DNA from: Takakia lepidozioides
Lineage: Eukaryota > Plantae > Bryophyta
NCBI GenBank assembly: GCA_030704615.1
Contig: CM060732.1
Location: 73,036,001 to 73,100,000, forward strand
Direction of reading: 5' to 3'
DNA: 64,000 bases
The notes beneath the pieces were generated by a model. That model did no database searches and was not told where the DNA came from. It was given only the letters and a program-made list of their open reading frames with translations. Each line of letters starts with the position of its first letter. The first letter of the stretch is position 1. The position numbers and the translations under genes are program-made. Positions 1-13,143 of the stretch are shown one piece after another.

Positions 1-1069
1 TGGACATTGTGAAGTATCCAGAAAAAATAAGGATTTCCAAAAGAAAACATATTCCAAACGGCTTGTGGATATGGACATCCATACAATTTCAACTTGGATG
101 CTAGTGTGGAAACATTAATGCAACAATGGGAGGGAAAGTTATGGGTTTAGACGTATACAAATCTAGGGATCCCAACACCTATATTATCTGGGATGGAATA
201 CACTTTAAAGAGGACTTCTACAAGATTACAGCAAAGTCGTTTTTGACATGAGACTATTTGGACTCACCCACCAATTGAACGATGAATATTTTGCCAAAAG
301 AATGTGATTTGTATTACGCATGGATCAATTTTTGTCCCAAGATATATGAATAAAATTTTATAATGTATTGTGATATAGTTAGTTGTAGAGGCTTAGTATG
401 TCAATAATCATGGGTTGGGTCCTCCTGATCTGTTTGTGGTGGGATTGGCAATTTGGAACAAGAAAACAATTGATATTATGGACTTATAGACAACCAACAT
501 TCTCTCTTTTTCTTTAGGTTCATGTACTAATTATTAAAGTACACAAAAATAGATCTAGATGTGTGGAAACATTGATCTCATGATTGGCAAGTGAGCCCAC
601 CTCTTCTTGCACATACTGCCCCAAACATCAAATATATCACTGATTCAACCACCACATCCGCACCACAGAGATAAACTGGGTACTCAGTATAATGATAAAA
701 TCAGATATCACATGTAGTATTATTTACATACATCTAGAAACAAATGACCGTACACCAAATGCCCTTCACAACCTTTTAAGGTCCCAATCAATATATGAAT
801 CGAGACGTTTGTTTGTTTGTAGCGTCGTTGAGGTCTCCCAAACCTACTTGGTGCCGTTGGAAAGCCTCGACGAGGAGGGGTGCACCGGCTTGGTCTTACG
901 AATTTTGGACGAGCGGATGTCGAATTTCAAGTACTTTGGGCAGTTAGAAATTCACGAAAAATAGCAAAGTGGGCATTCCTGGACAATGGTTGGAGCCTCG
1001 ACATGAGGATATCAAGGAAAAGGTCTCCGGTTCAAATCTGGTCGTAGGCTCTGTGGAAAAATAGTGATT

Positions 1070-1512
1070 AGACTTAGATGACTTAGATGACATTGGACAC
1101 TGGGGCACATGTTACCCTACGGGTCACATTTGGGCCTCATAGGAGATTGCACTTGGACTTAGATTTTAATTCTTCACACACGGGCCAACGGCATAGGCTA
1201 CACTAGAGGTCACACTTGGGCCTCAACATAGGAGACACATTGGATACAGAAGAAATTGCACTTGGTCTTAGATTTTCAATTCTCTGCACATGGGCCAAAG
1301 GTATAGGCTATCCTAGAGGTTACACTTGGGCCTCGACATAGGAGACGGCACTGGGATACATAGAAGATCTTACACTTTGACTTAGATAACACTTGACACT
1401 TGGGCCCCCACCACATGCTATCCTAGAGGTCGCATTTGGGGGGAGTCGCACTTGGATGCAGAGAGGATTGCACTTGGACTTAGATGACATTGGACACTTG
1501 GGCCTACGGCAC
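1070..1512. repeat. Degenerate tandem repeat built from CACTTGGACTTAGA / GACATTGGACAC / CACTTGGGCCTC modules
   Basis: The modules recur several times. 1145-1250 and 1256-1365 align with a period of about 110-120 bp (ttgcacttgg...agatttt...attct...gggccaa...ataggcta...ctagaggt...cacttgggcctc...cataggagac). Confidence 0.75.
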
Positions 1513-3273
1513 ATGCCACCCTATGTCTGTGGAATACACCTAAAAGCCATCTCACTAGCTTTCTGAATACGCATTTTTTCTTCTCTTGCACAAGGCAAAT
1601 GTGAGAAGGCCATTAATAGAGCTTTTGACTGTTTATTTATAATCCATCCTATCCACATGTGGGTGTTTGCTAGGAACCTAAGGGAGATAGAGAGAGAAGA
1701 CTCAGGCTGAAGCCAACATTTTAAAAGAGCCTAAGAAGAACCTAAGGCAAATGTATCGTCCTGTGCTACAAAACAACCTTGATAGTGTTGGGTTGTTCCC
1801 TAGACCATATTCATGACGATATATACAACATAGTGACACATGCTGCTAGACTGGCTTGTTCCGACTGGTTTGGGTGCTCATGCTACTACCAATGCTTGGC
1901 ATTTGCTGATTCCCAATTGGCAGTTCTCCAAAGGTTTCCCTCAACCCTCTTGAAGCTGACACACCTGGCCCTGGTTATCCTCTCCAAGCTTGTCGACCCT
2001 GGGGCCAGCAATAAATATACCATGGGACCCTTCTGTAATACCGAGACTTGAAAATGCTGTCTGAGGCTTCAACTACTGAATCATTAAGTCAGACGAATTG
2101 ACCCTCATTGGCTTCCCTGGTGAGGTGAGATAATTGCTCACTGGTCTTTCTGTCCATCAGTCATCAATGAGGTCGTCATGGACCTTTGAGGGGCAGCCAA
2201 GATTCCACTGCAGAATTGTATTCCAATAAACACTTCGGATTATTACCAAGTCAGAATATCCCTGCAGAATATTGGCTCATTCTAATTTTGAAACCATGCG
2301 TCCCTCACCTATGAAGTACCCTTGAGGACTCTAGGGCCTGTGGACAGCAACCCTCCCAGTGTGACAGAAATTGTGTGTTGATCACTAAGCTGGCCTTGAC
2401 GTCAAACTAGAAAGAATCAGGTTTATCCAGCATCTTGCATTCAACCTTGCAAAAAATGTGACCTGTGTGGCTGTGACTTTACAACCGTTTGCACTTCTGA
2501 TACAGAGCAGAGAGTCGGGTCCGTCAATCTTCCCTAGTATTTCTGCAGCTGCTTACCCTATCAGGATTCCCACCTGTCTGGGTGTCTGCCAATACTATCC
2601 AAAGCGAGGGGAGAGAGGTGGCTGGTATCATCAAACCAGGATTCACCAACAAAATACCCCATCCTGAGCAGCAGTTTACTGAAAGTTGACTAGCTTCCCA
2701 CAAAATAAGAAGAGTACATCGTCAACATACACAGAGAGCACCCATCGGCAAATTTCAGGACGAATAGAACAGCATATAAAAAGTCAGCAACGGTAACTCA
2801 CCCCGTCGAAACTATTTGTCGCTGCTTCCATCATCCTCTCAGTGCAATGTATCCTGCACCAGTTGAGTTCTCCCTTGTTATAGCTCCCGGTTGTAGCTCC
2901 TGGTGCATGCCAGAAAGAAGGAAACCCTCAGTGAAAACCTAGAATCATAAGCTCACGAACAGTAAATCACTTGGACCATTTATTGCTGTGTACTTTATGG
3001 TGTAGATTCCTACTGTAACATTACTGCTGGTGATAGCATGTTGTAAGGAATTAGTTACTCGAAAGCACTGGCAAACATAGTTTCTATTCCTAGGCCCCCC
3101 TCCATAATGATCTGTACTGGCTTCCATATTCTCACTTCCATAGGCAACCTCCCCAAAGCGCAGACTGATTGTTACATTCATCACCATTTGTTGCGACTTG
3201 CTCCCTGCATACAGCCTCTCTGCCCGCCCATAAGAAGCAGTGCACCTATTTTCATTCATGCATGTTGCTTGTT

Positions 3274-6213
3274 TCACCAGTAATCTCCACAAGAACAAGC
3301 CCCATCTTCAAAGTGGTGAAACCGGTTGGCATCCCGTACAACAACTACTCGCCCAACAATCCTTGAGATGAACTTGGTGGCAGTGTGGCAGTCACCACAC
3401 ACCCTAAGGTTCTTGATGATGCGGATAGGTGTCCCAGGGGGTGTGCTGATGAGCCCAAAAGCAATGGCCAGCTTCTCACTGTGGTGGCCAAGAGAAGCTT
3501 CCTTTTGCTCCTCCTCCACATCATGCAATACAAAACGTGTGTCAGGCAAGTACCCAGCCTCCGTCATCTGCTCAGACAATCTCTTGAGCTCAGCATGGAT
3601 TTCCTCAATTCCTGGATGCAATTTGTCTTCTACAACAAATGTGTGCACCCGATTATCCACCTCAATGCAACTGCGTCCTGGCTCCTTTCTGACCCCTCTG
3701 TCCTCCATCAACTTTCTCACCTTTGCTTTGTCATCCCACCTGCCAGCCGCAGCATATATGTTGGACAGCAGGACGTAAGTTGCAGCCTGCTGTGGATCCC
3801 ACTTCAGAACACATTTTGCCGCTCGTTCTGCTCGCTCTACATCACCATGAGTCCGGCAGGCACCAAGCAGCGCCCCCCAAACCGACGCATCTGGTTCGAT
3901 TGGCATTTTGCTGATGAAGGCCTCTGCCTCATCCAATCGCCCTCCCCGGCCAAGAAGGTCCACCATGCATCCAAAATGCTGCCTTGTCGGGGTGATGGCA
4001 TGATCTCGACTCATAGAATCAAAGTAGTAACCCCCTTCATCCACAAGGCCCACATGCCTACATGCAGAGAGAACAGATATGAAGGTGACACAGTCTGGCT
4101 CCCAGCCTTCCTGTTGCATTTCTTCAAATAGTTGGAGGGCCTCCCTACCACACCCATGTTGAGCATATCCCGTGATCATCGTGTTCCAAGAGATAACATT
4201 CTGTCGAGCCATATTGTCAAATACTTGGCGTGCATCCTTTATACTTCCGCATTTGGCATACATGTCAACAAGGGTATTCTCCAGAATGGCATCTGGTGCA
4301 ATACCACTTTTGCTGATGTCAGCATGGACCTCTTTGCCCTTTTCCAGGGCTGCCAGGTTGGCACACATACTCAGAATGCAAGTGAACGTAACACTGTCAG
4401 GCAACACCCCTTCCTGCTCCATTTGCTCATAGATCTCGAAAGCCTCCCGACACCCATGGTGAGCAAATCCTGCAATCATCACACTCCATGAGACCACATT
4501 TCGTTTAGACATTTTGTCAAACACCTGATGTGCATCCTCTATGCTCCCACATTTGACATACATGTCAATAAGAGTATTCTCCAAATTGATAAAGGAAGCA
4601 ATTCCTGCTTTGATGATGTTAGCATGGACTGCTTTGCCCATTTCCAGGGATCTTAGGCTGGCACATGCATTGAGAACGCAAGTGAATGTGGCCCTGTCGG
4701 GCATGACCCCTTCCTGCTGCATTTTTTCGTAGAGCTCAAAAGACTCCCTACCACACCCATGCTCTGCATACCCTGCGATCATGGCGTTCCATGAGACCAC
4801 ATTTCGTTTGGCCATATTGTCAAAGACTTTGCGTGCATCTTTAATGCTCCCACATTTGGCATACATGTCAGCAAGGGCAGTCTCCAGGACGGTATCTGGC
4901 GCAATTCCAGCTTTCATGATGTTGGCATGGACTTCTTTGCCTTTTTCAAGGGCCCCTAGGCTAGCACACGCATTGAGAAGGGAAATGAATGTGACCCGGT
5001 CAGGCGCCACCCTTTCCCATTGCATTTGCTCATACATCTTGAAAGCCTCCCTGCCGCATCCATGCTGAGCATATCCTGCTATCATCGCACTCCATGAGAC
5101 TACATTTCGTTTAGCCATATCATCGAAGACTTGACGTGCATCCCTTATGCTCCCACATTTGGCATACATATCAACAAGGGTATTCTCTAAATTCATATAC
5201 GATCCAATTCCAGCTTTGATCATGTGGGCATGGGCTTCTTTGCCCTTTTCCAGGCATCCTAGGCTGGCACAAGCGCTGAGCACGGAAATGAATGTGACCT
5301 TGTCTGGCGGCACCCCTTCCCTCTGCATTTGCTCATAGATCTCCAAGCCGTCCCTCCCACACCCATTTTGAGCATATCCTGCGATAATGGCGTTCCATGA
5401 GACCAGATTTCGTTTTGCCATATTGTCGAACACTTCACGTGCATCTTTTATGCTCCCGCATTTAGCATACATGTCAACAAGAGCGGTCTCCAGAATTATA
5501 TCTAGCACAATTCCAGATTTGATGACGATTGCATGGACCTCTCTGGCCTTTTCCAGGGCTCCCAGTCGGGCACACGCAGTAAGAATGGAAATGAACGTGA
5601 CCCTGTCGGGCATCACCCCTTCCTGTTGCATTTCCTCGTAGACCTTGAAAGCCTCCCTACCCCACCCATGCTTGGCATATCCCGCTATCATCATATTCCA
5701 CGTAAACATATCCCGTCGAGGCATTTTGTCAAAGACTTTGCGTGCATCAACCACGCTTCCGCACTTGGCATACATGTTGATAAGCGTGTTGTGCAGAAAG
5801 ATGTTGGGCTTGAATCCACTCTGGATAACGTGGGCATGCACCTGCTTGCCCTCTGCCAGGCCCTTCACTTTGATGCACTCTTGCAAGATAAAGAAATAAG
5901 TATTACAGTCCACCCGAATACATGGTTGGTTCAAAATGTGCACCGCTTCTTTCAGTCGTCCTGCCTTACATAGTGTCCTCACATCCCCAGAAGCGCCACA
6001 AGACATATTGTTCACTCCCTCTCGTAGTCCTTGTTCAAATCCAGCCGTCATAGTGGAGGAGCTCTCCCTAGCGCCAGTCTGATGCGCCTGATTCAACACT
6101 GCCATCCTGCACAATTCCGAAGGACAAGCAAAAGCAAGAGACAACATGGTGGAGCAATCATCCCTCGCAATCCGCTCCCCTTCCTCCTCGCCATCTTCAA
6201 CCACACCGAGCAT
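3274..6213 (-). CDS. PLS-class pentatricopeptide repeat protein with E1-E2-DYW domains (organellar C-to-U RNA editing factor), 979 aa, intronless
   Basis: 20 PPR motifs in L-S-(P-L-S)x5-P2-L2-S2 order, then E1/E2 and a PG box (EPGRSCIEV). The deaminase signature HSEKLA...CGDC is present and the protein ends CSCGDYW. A later in-frame Met could be the true start. Confidence 0.97.
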   Translation of the reverse strand: MLGVVEDGEEEGERIARDDCSTMLSLAFACPSELCRMAVLNQAHQTGARESSSTMTAGFEQGLREGVNNMSCGASGDVRTLCKAGRLKEAVHILNQPCIRVDCNTYFFILQECIKVKGLAEGKQVHAHVIQSGFKPNIFLHNTLINMYAKCGSVVDARKVFDKMPRRDMFTWNMMIAGYAKHGWGREAFKVYEEMQQEGVMPDRVTFISILTACARLGALEKAREVHAIVIKSGIVLDIILETALVDMYAKCGSIKDAREVFDNMAKRNLVSWNAIIAGYAQNGCGRDGLEIYEQMQREGVPPDKVTFISVLSACASLGCLEKGKEAHAHMIKAGIGSYMNLENTLVDMYAKCGSIRDARQVFDDMAKRNVVSWSAMIAGYAQHGCGREAFKMYEQMQWERVAPDRVTFISLLNACASLGALEKGKEVHANIMKAGIAPDTVLETALADMYAKCGSIKDARKVFDNMAKRNVVSWNAMIAGYAEHGCGRESFELYEKMQQEGVMPDRATFTCVLNACASLRSLEMGKAVHANIIKAGIASFINLENTLIDMYVKCGSIEDAHQVFDKMSKRNVVSWSVMIAGFAHHGCREAFEIYEQMEQEGVLPDSVTFTCILSMCANLAALEKGKEVHADISKSGIAPDAILENTLVDMYAKCGSIKDARQVFDNMARQNVISWNTMITGYAQHGCGREALQLFEEMQQEGWEPDCVTFISVLSACRHVGLVDEGGYYFDSMSRDHAITPTRQHFGCMVDLLGRGGRLDEAEAFISKMPIEPDASVWGALLGACRTHGDVERAERAAKCVLKWDPQQAATYVLLSNIYAAAGRWDDKAKVRKLMEDRGVRKEPGRSCIEVDNRVHTFVVEDKLHPGIEEIHAELKRLSEQMTEAGYLPDTRFVLHDVEEEQKEASLGHHSEKLAIAFGLISTPPGTPIRIIKNLRVCGDCHTATKFISRIVGRVVVVRDANRFHHFEDGACSCGDYW

Positions 6214-6680
6214 CCATTCTTTTCCCTTCCCAAGTCATTTTTCCCTTCCGAAATTCTCCCCTTGTTTTTCCAAAGGAAGGCAAAGGAGAAAGGAGCACTG
6301 AACACACGTGTCAACCCCAAAGACCCCCTAGACACTTGTACAAGTGGCTACGCCCCAAAAAACCCTAGTCTCACCCCACCTCCAAGGCTCATCAGCCCGA
6401 TCCAGGGAACGGGGGTGTTCCTGGAAATCAGAGGGAGGAGCATAGTCACGATGCGCGAATGCAGCAGGTCTTTGGTGAGGGACGAGACGGAACTCACGAT
6501 GCGAGGATTGAGCGAAAGAGAGTGAGGAGACTGAGGTGTGCTGAACTCCACGCTCATCCTCGTGGGGAAACCGGACTTTGAGCTCCATTTAAATGTGGTC
6601 GAAGGGCGAATCTGAGTGACTCCAGAATTGCAGGACGGTTGTGCCCTTGAATTCCTCCAACCATCACTTGAACCATCACA
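6214..6680. promoter_or_regulatory. Probable shared bidirectional promoter/5'UTR region between the PPR-DYW and PIG-L genes
   Basis: Only 467 bp separate the divergent ATGs at 6213 (-) and 6681 (+). Confidence 0.55.
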
Positions 6681-9600
6681 ATGCTGGGGTGGGAGGCAAT
6701 AGCTATTGCAGTTTTGCTGCCAGTACTGTGTGTGCTGCATTTGCCTGGCTTCCTTCTTCATCCACTGCCATCATCTCAAGGTAAGTTCAGAACCCTTATA
6801 TCCAACAATTTGTGACTCTTTGTTTTATCTTGGGATGCACTCAGCCCTGTAGCAGTAACCACGCTTTTTTGTCGTACACTAACCAGTGGTAAACCTACTC
6901 TGGGTCATGTGGACTAATCTAAACCGAGCTTGACTTACTCTGAATACTTTGCATGATTATGTGGCTGCTTTTGTCCTCTCTGAAATACGAAGTAAAAGCC
7001 CATGCACCCATTGGTTGTAAGGTACTGACGATCTTAATCTAAATTTACTGAGAGGGTGATGTTTCCTCTTGCAAGAGGTTACCTGGTTACAAAATGAAGG
7101 ATTGGGCTAACCATGCAAGCTCTCCCATTATTCTGGTTTAGCTGCAATCCTTATTGTTGGTCAATAAAATATCTTCTGTCCCTTTTACCATCTTTGGGTT
7201 TCATATTTGTTCGATGATCTGTGGAAGTCTGTCCACAGGCTCGAAAATGATGTATATTGATGAATTTTCTGTGCTGCTAATGATGCAGGGAGTCAAAGGG
7301 TGAGAACAAATGTGCTGTTGCTTGTAGCCCACCCCGATGATGAGAGCATGTACGTGATGTATATATTACCATCGAAATCTAAAATGGTAATTAAGAGTTG
7401 TAACAGGGCTCAAGATAACGGACCTTTCATGTCGGTGGCCACAGTAGTGGTGGCATTCTCTATGCCTTGGATGCATCCACCATATCCAACAGGGTTAAGG
7501 TATATCAGACAGGATCACAAATCTGGTGTGATTTGTTTTGGACATTCCCATTTTCAACACAAGAAGGGCAATCAGTTCACTTCTTGTGGCTCTTGAGCTA
7601 AAGAGAGTGGCCATCTAAATGATTGCCGGAGACATCATGCAACACCTCCAGTTAGTTCCAGCATGCCTACTTCAGGTTGTAAGGGTGTGTAGAGTGTGGA
7701 AGATGAATGAGGGATGGAAGTGGATATGGTTGCAGGTTCTTTGGCCCAACTCTTCTTTCACTAGCTCGTCTTGGGATATACAACATCCAAGTACTTTGCC
7801 TTTCAACAGGTTTGTTTCACTCCATGCTAAGGCTTGCCTTATTTCTGTGGAAGAGTTTATGTTTTAAGTCTAACACTGGTGGGAACCAGATTTTTCCGCT
7901 TATTTACATATCTGTGTGCAGAACTGTAGTTTCAGTTTTTTACTACACCAGTTCTCCAAGATACTGCTCAGCTGGCAATAACCATTTTAAGTGCAGAAGT
8001 TATGAAGCACACTTGCTTGCACTGCAATGCCTCATGCTATTTCATATGAAGAGGCATGGTGCTATTTGGGCTTGTTTCACTGGAGTAAATGCCTCAAATG
8101 TTTTTGTGCGGGGGCTGCAGGTAATGCAGAAGGACTTGGAGCTGTTCGAAAGTTTGAGATGGTGACTGCATGCTCTGTGCTGGAGGTGAATACCAGTGCT
8201 AAGTTTTGTGTCTTCCAGAGAAAGTTTCTAAAGAGTTTAGTCGGTCACAGGGATACTGTGTAGTAAAGCTGGTGGCACTCTGGCCTGGCAAGACCAGTGA
8301 GTGTTCATTCGGATGGCTTAGAAACTAGTCAACCGTGTGTCTGTGAATGGAGAGGTCATATTTCTGGTCAATGTCTCTACTTCCCTGGCAGCTGGTGTTG
8401 GGAAAGCTCCACAACCGGTTAGAAGCTAATCAGTAAATGACCAGATGTGTGTAACCAGTCTTGCCTTGGTTGACAATTCCTACTATAAGATTTTATAAAG
8501 AATCCAAAACATATGTATATACATGTGTCTTGACCTAAACTGGCAACACCATAGCACTTTGTAGTAAACAGTGAAGGATGTGGCGTAGACAGTGACATTT
8601 AGTCGTTGGAATGGAGGAGCCAGGTGCCAGTGGAGAATGTGGAAGTTGTTGATAATCCAGCGCTTCAGGTGATTGACAGTCTTTTGCCTCTTTTAAATAC
8701 CTGGGTTCGTATGCATGCTGTTCGACTGACCTAATACCGATTTTAGCTTTCAAATTGACTTTCCTAGTGGGGCCCTCACAATAAATTGCAGTTGTAGAAA
8801 CTTGCATTAAGATTTGCTTGCCACATGATATCAATGGCACCGGTCACCCCTACTTATGCTATTGGAGCTTGCATCCCTCCTCTCTCTCTCTCTCTCTCTC
8901 AAGCGTTGGTCTCAAGCACGGTCCACATGACAGCCTCAGATCTCATATATGCAATTGTGTTGAGGGTTCCTCCTCCCAATTTACTTCAAATTGACCTTCA
9001 GATGCCAAGCACCAAACTGTGATCTTTTTCTTGTTACACAGGTGGCAGCTGCCCCTGGACTCCAGAAATGATTTCCCTCCAGGATTTTTTTTGTTAGGAT
9101 GATACTTCTTCCTCGTATTGTTGGGGATTTCTATGGTGTATTGCATGAGCTGCATTAGTGACCTCATTTTTATGAAATTGTGAAATCATGTGTTTGGAGA
9201 AAATACACACAATGTTGACAGGTGGTGTATTGCTTGTACAGGATGGTTTCTCACACCATTGGGATCAGGCACTTATAGTGAAGCTTGTACGACAAGCAGT
9301 GACAGCTCATAACATAAATATTGTAAGATCTAGAAGCTTCTTTATTCAATAGTCGTCTTTGTTTCTTTCTGCTTGCTCTCTGAGCCTGTCGAAGTACATT
9401 CTCAATGTCAAATTGTTTTCAAACCTGTCTGCTTGATCTTGGATGTCCCAAGTCTGGATCTTTTTTACATGACTTCTGTTATGAAAACAGCAATATGGTG
9501 GTACTCTCTTTGTCCGTTTAATACAGTCCCTCCTTCGCGTCCCCGTACATTCCGTGGCCTGGGTCCCTTTTTTCTCTCTACATCATATTTGGGTGCACAT

Positions 9601-11037
9601 GTTGACATGGCTGTAGACATGTTGAAGAGTTATATCATGGATAGGAAGATGTTGATAAGCAGAGGAATTCAGCAGATTGATGGTCTAAGGAGACAACTGC
9701 TGTCACTGAAACATTAAAGCTTTTTGCAAGGAGTTTTTCATTTGAAAGCAAGTTGTCTAGAGCCACAAGCCTCGGGCCAGCACGCTCTAACAAGTACTTT
9801 TCCTATGTGTGTGTCTGACGCTGTGTCCTCATCAATATGTGCATGTGGTGGGAGTGCAGGTGCTAACATTTGATGATTATGGTGTTTCTGGCCATCCCAA
9901 TCATCGTTCTGTTTATCGTGGCTTACGGTCAGTACCATGACCTGTATTGAATTCTAGAATCCTACCCATTCTGTTTTTCTCAAGCCTGCCTTGAGCATTC
10001 TTAGTCAGTTGAGTCCCTGGGATAGAAAGCTCGCAAAGCACTTATTAACCTTCTGAACAAAGAACAGATTGATTTTGGCTTGGTTGAGGGTTACTGATGG
10101 ACATGGTGACATGGTGCAGTGCATACCTACTGGAAGAAAAGAGAAGGTTGAAGGATGGAAGCGATCCTCGTGAAGAGGCTGTGAAAGGTTGGGAGCTTGT
10201 AAGTCTCTTCCCTTTTGCAAACTTCAGCAGCCATAGGATACCTTCAGAACCAAATTTGTTCACAGTCCACTGCTCTAGAGGTGTCTTGCCAAGAGGATTG
10301 CACTGCTTAAGAGCATGTGATGGACTAAAAAGTTTGACCATTTTTTCAAAATAGCGTGGAAAAAATGGGTTGCTGGTAGACATGTTGTTTCCACAAGATA
10401 GCTACAAGAACATATTCCTATGCCATCAGGCAGTCTCTGAACAACAGCATGCCCCTTTTTCATGGGATAGCAGGGTTAGCTGTCACAGTGGAGTTCTGAT
10501 GTCACATCTCTCTCTTTTGAGGTGCAATGGTTTCATCGCGGGAGGGTTGTATGATGAAGCTCCAATGTTGTGTTTGCAGGTTAGCACGAATATCCTACGG
10601 AAGTTCTGTGGACCTATGGAGATTTATACATCACTTTTTGAGTTGGTTTGGAGGAACAAAAATGAAATGCACTGCTTTGTCAATCCAAGTGTGAGAAGAA
10701 GCATTGCAGCTATGACACAGCATCAGAGTCAATGGTTGTGGTAAGGTTTGTTTATATCCGTTATTGCTGTCATAATTCAATCGGCATCATGAGCTAACTT
10801 TTGTGCAAGCTATTGAGTTAAGCTTGAACCAAACATGGACCCAATATGCTTCTTGAGAAATATTCTAGTCCATCCAAGTCACTCGTGCTTACGAAGTTGA
10901 AGAAAGGTGGGCATAAAATGGATAACTTCAGTCCAACATAACTGAACTACCAAAGCTGATGTGGCAGGTATCGCCAACTATTTGTGATATTTGCACGGTA
11001 CACCTATGTCAATACACTGAAGACAATCAGTGTCTGA
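6681..11037 (+). CDS. PIGL: N-acetylglucosaminyl-phosphatidylinositol de-N-acetylase (GPI anchor biosynthesis), 10 exons
   Basis: Exons 6681-6780, 7289-7349, 7736-7809, 8121-8185, 8624-8668, 9242-9322, 9860-9927, 10120-10198, 10580-10740, 10968-11037. All introns are GT-AG and keep frame. The protein has an N-terminal hydrophobic anchor, the motifs AHPDDESMFF, LSTGN and LTFDDYGVSGHPNH, and a C-terminal HQSQWLWYR...RYTYVNTL. Confidence 0.93.
8880..8900. repeat. (CT)n microsatellite in a PIG-L intron
   Basis: About 10 CT units read directly. Confidence 0.9.
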
Positions 11038-13143
11038 TGCGACTTGCACATACTCCTGACATACAGGAGGATTCCAACTGGAGGTTGGGGTTTTTCAAGG
11101 GGCAAGACAAGATTTGGTTTCATTGGTTGGGTTTACAGCTGGTTGGGCTTCTGACAATATGTCAGTTTGTGTCTAAAGCTGCCAAAAAGCTGAGAGGTAT
11201 GAAGCAGGACATGCCATTCAAGATGATCCAAGTTGTATTTCTAAAATCTCAGTGAGCAAACCAAGTGTAGCAGTGTGAACATTGTGCATTTCCAACATAG
11301 TCACATGGCCACTGCATGAGCCATTGTTTCTTCTGTTCTGGTACACTGCTGCCGATGTAAGAAATAGAGATGTCTTCAAGCTACTAACGGTAAACTAGAT
11401 TACTGCAGACCAGTGCAAATTTTAATAAAGTCTTCAGGGGCTTGCTCCCCTTTTTCTCAAAACCAAAAAAAAAAACAAAAAACAACTTTTGAAAAAAACA
11501 AACAAAACAAACAAAACAAATGTATGTAATCCATGCAAGCACTGCCATATAGGTTGTGACTTGTGACTCAACTCCTGATGGTAGAGTTTTGGAGCCTCCC
11601 TATTCTTTCCAATCATTTAATGCAGAAATTGCCCCAGAACCTGTACCTTCATTCTCTCCCTCTCTGTTCTTCTCACTGCCCTCTTTACTATGAGATCCGT
11701 GGGAGACTCACTGTCCTCACAGAAGTCAGATAAATATGCCATATAATACATGCATATGCCTGTCATTCTAAATTCCATCATCTATTAAGCTGAAACTAAC
11801 AGAAGGATTCAGTGTCTTGTTCTTTAATCCATCACAATGATCCAAAAATCAAACCAGACTAGTCTGATTATAACTGAGTTGATTCATGACCCCTGCAGAT
11901 GATGAATTACGAATCTGCAATTACTGCAGCATAGTGCCCATTTCGAAGTGTGTAGAGTTCCTTGGCACCTATCTTTTTCAGGTATGAGGCTTGTCCTAGT
12001 AAGAGGAGCACTAGAACATTTACCAAGGATCTGAAGCTTTGGTAGCTTCAAGACAAAATATGCATGTACAAACAACAGCAAGGAACAGCAAGGAGTGAGG
12101 AATGAGTAGGCCTTTTCAGCATATTATCTAATCAAGGAAAGAATGTATATGCTCTACTAAAGTAAGGCAAACACCACTTGAAACATTATTGACATATTAG
12201 GCTAGTGCACAACATTTCTGTTCACAAGACTCATGGCACCTGTTCCCGATTTGAAGTCCTACTGCCAGATTTAGTTTGACGACCAGTGATACTCATCAGT
12301 GTTTTTTTTTTCACTTTTCCAAAATCGCTACAAGGGCACATGTAAATTCTATCCAGCGCCCATGTGGCGAGATTAACGAGGTGGCAGGGTTAGAAAAGTG
12401 GCTTATAACAGGTGTCAAATTTTAACAGGTCCACGTAGGAAAAGTCTGGCTCCTGATATTTAACCATTGGCGCTTTTTGGGAATTTTTTTGATTTTTACT
12501 CCCATAATCCTTTTTCTTTGGAGATCAAAAAATCAAAGGGGATGAAGCCCCGATATTTTATTTGAGTGGGGAAAAAATAAACCCCTGTGAGGCCATAAAG
12601 CATGCACACCTGGCGGTGAGGGACAAACCCAAAGAGTAAAAAGTGGCTGACGCATTTTCTAGGTCGAAATCTGGTGATTTTTCGCCAGATTTACAAACAC
12701 TGACCAACAAAACAAAAATAGGAAAAAAAAAAGGGAAATAGTACTTAGTATGGCGATGATGTGACACGTGCGAGGAGGATGAATCGCCAGTAGAGCGCTA
12801 GTCCGTTGCTTGGCGTCGAGTATCCCTTCGTTTCGTTCCTGCGCTCTCATTTGGATCCGGGCGATCTCTCAGTTCTTGTTGCAAATGTGCACAGCGGATT
12901 CAATTTCCTGAAGAATTGTCTTCTTGTGAAGATACTAGTGAGATGATTCTGTATGATTGAACTATATTTGAAGATCCACTACGACTGGAGACGTATCAGT
13001 AAGTTGGGTATGGAGATTGTACCATGAGAACCTTAAACCTCTAATTTTGTTGTGCATAGGGAGACTTGGACGGAGAAGGTAAAGGAGGGGGAAAGAGATC
13101 AACAGTCTGGCATTAGTGGAAGAGATCCACGAGGAGAGAGTGG

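Noticed and set aside
1600-3200. Short ORFs downstream of the PPR gene
   Set aside because: No recognisable domains in any frame.
3274-3700. U-to-C (DYW:KP-type) editing factor
   Set aside because: The PG box, HSEKLA and terminal DYW are those of the canonical C-to-U type.
3326-5973. Plus-strand ORFs overlapping the PPR gene
   Set aside because: These are antisense shadows of the repetitive PPR frame. The same applies to ORFs opposite the epsin and transposase genes.
12297-12702. hAT MITE suggested by CAGTGTTT...AAACACTG upstream of CCT
   Set aside because: Only an 8-bp match and no TSD.
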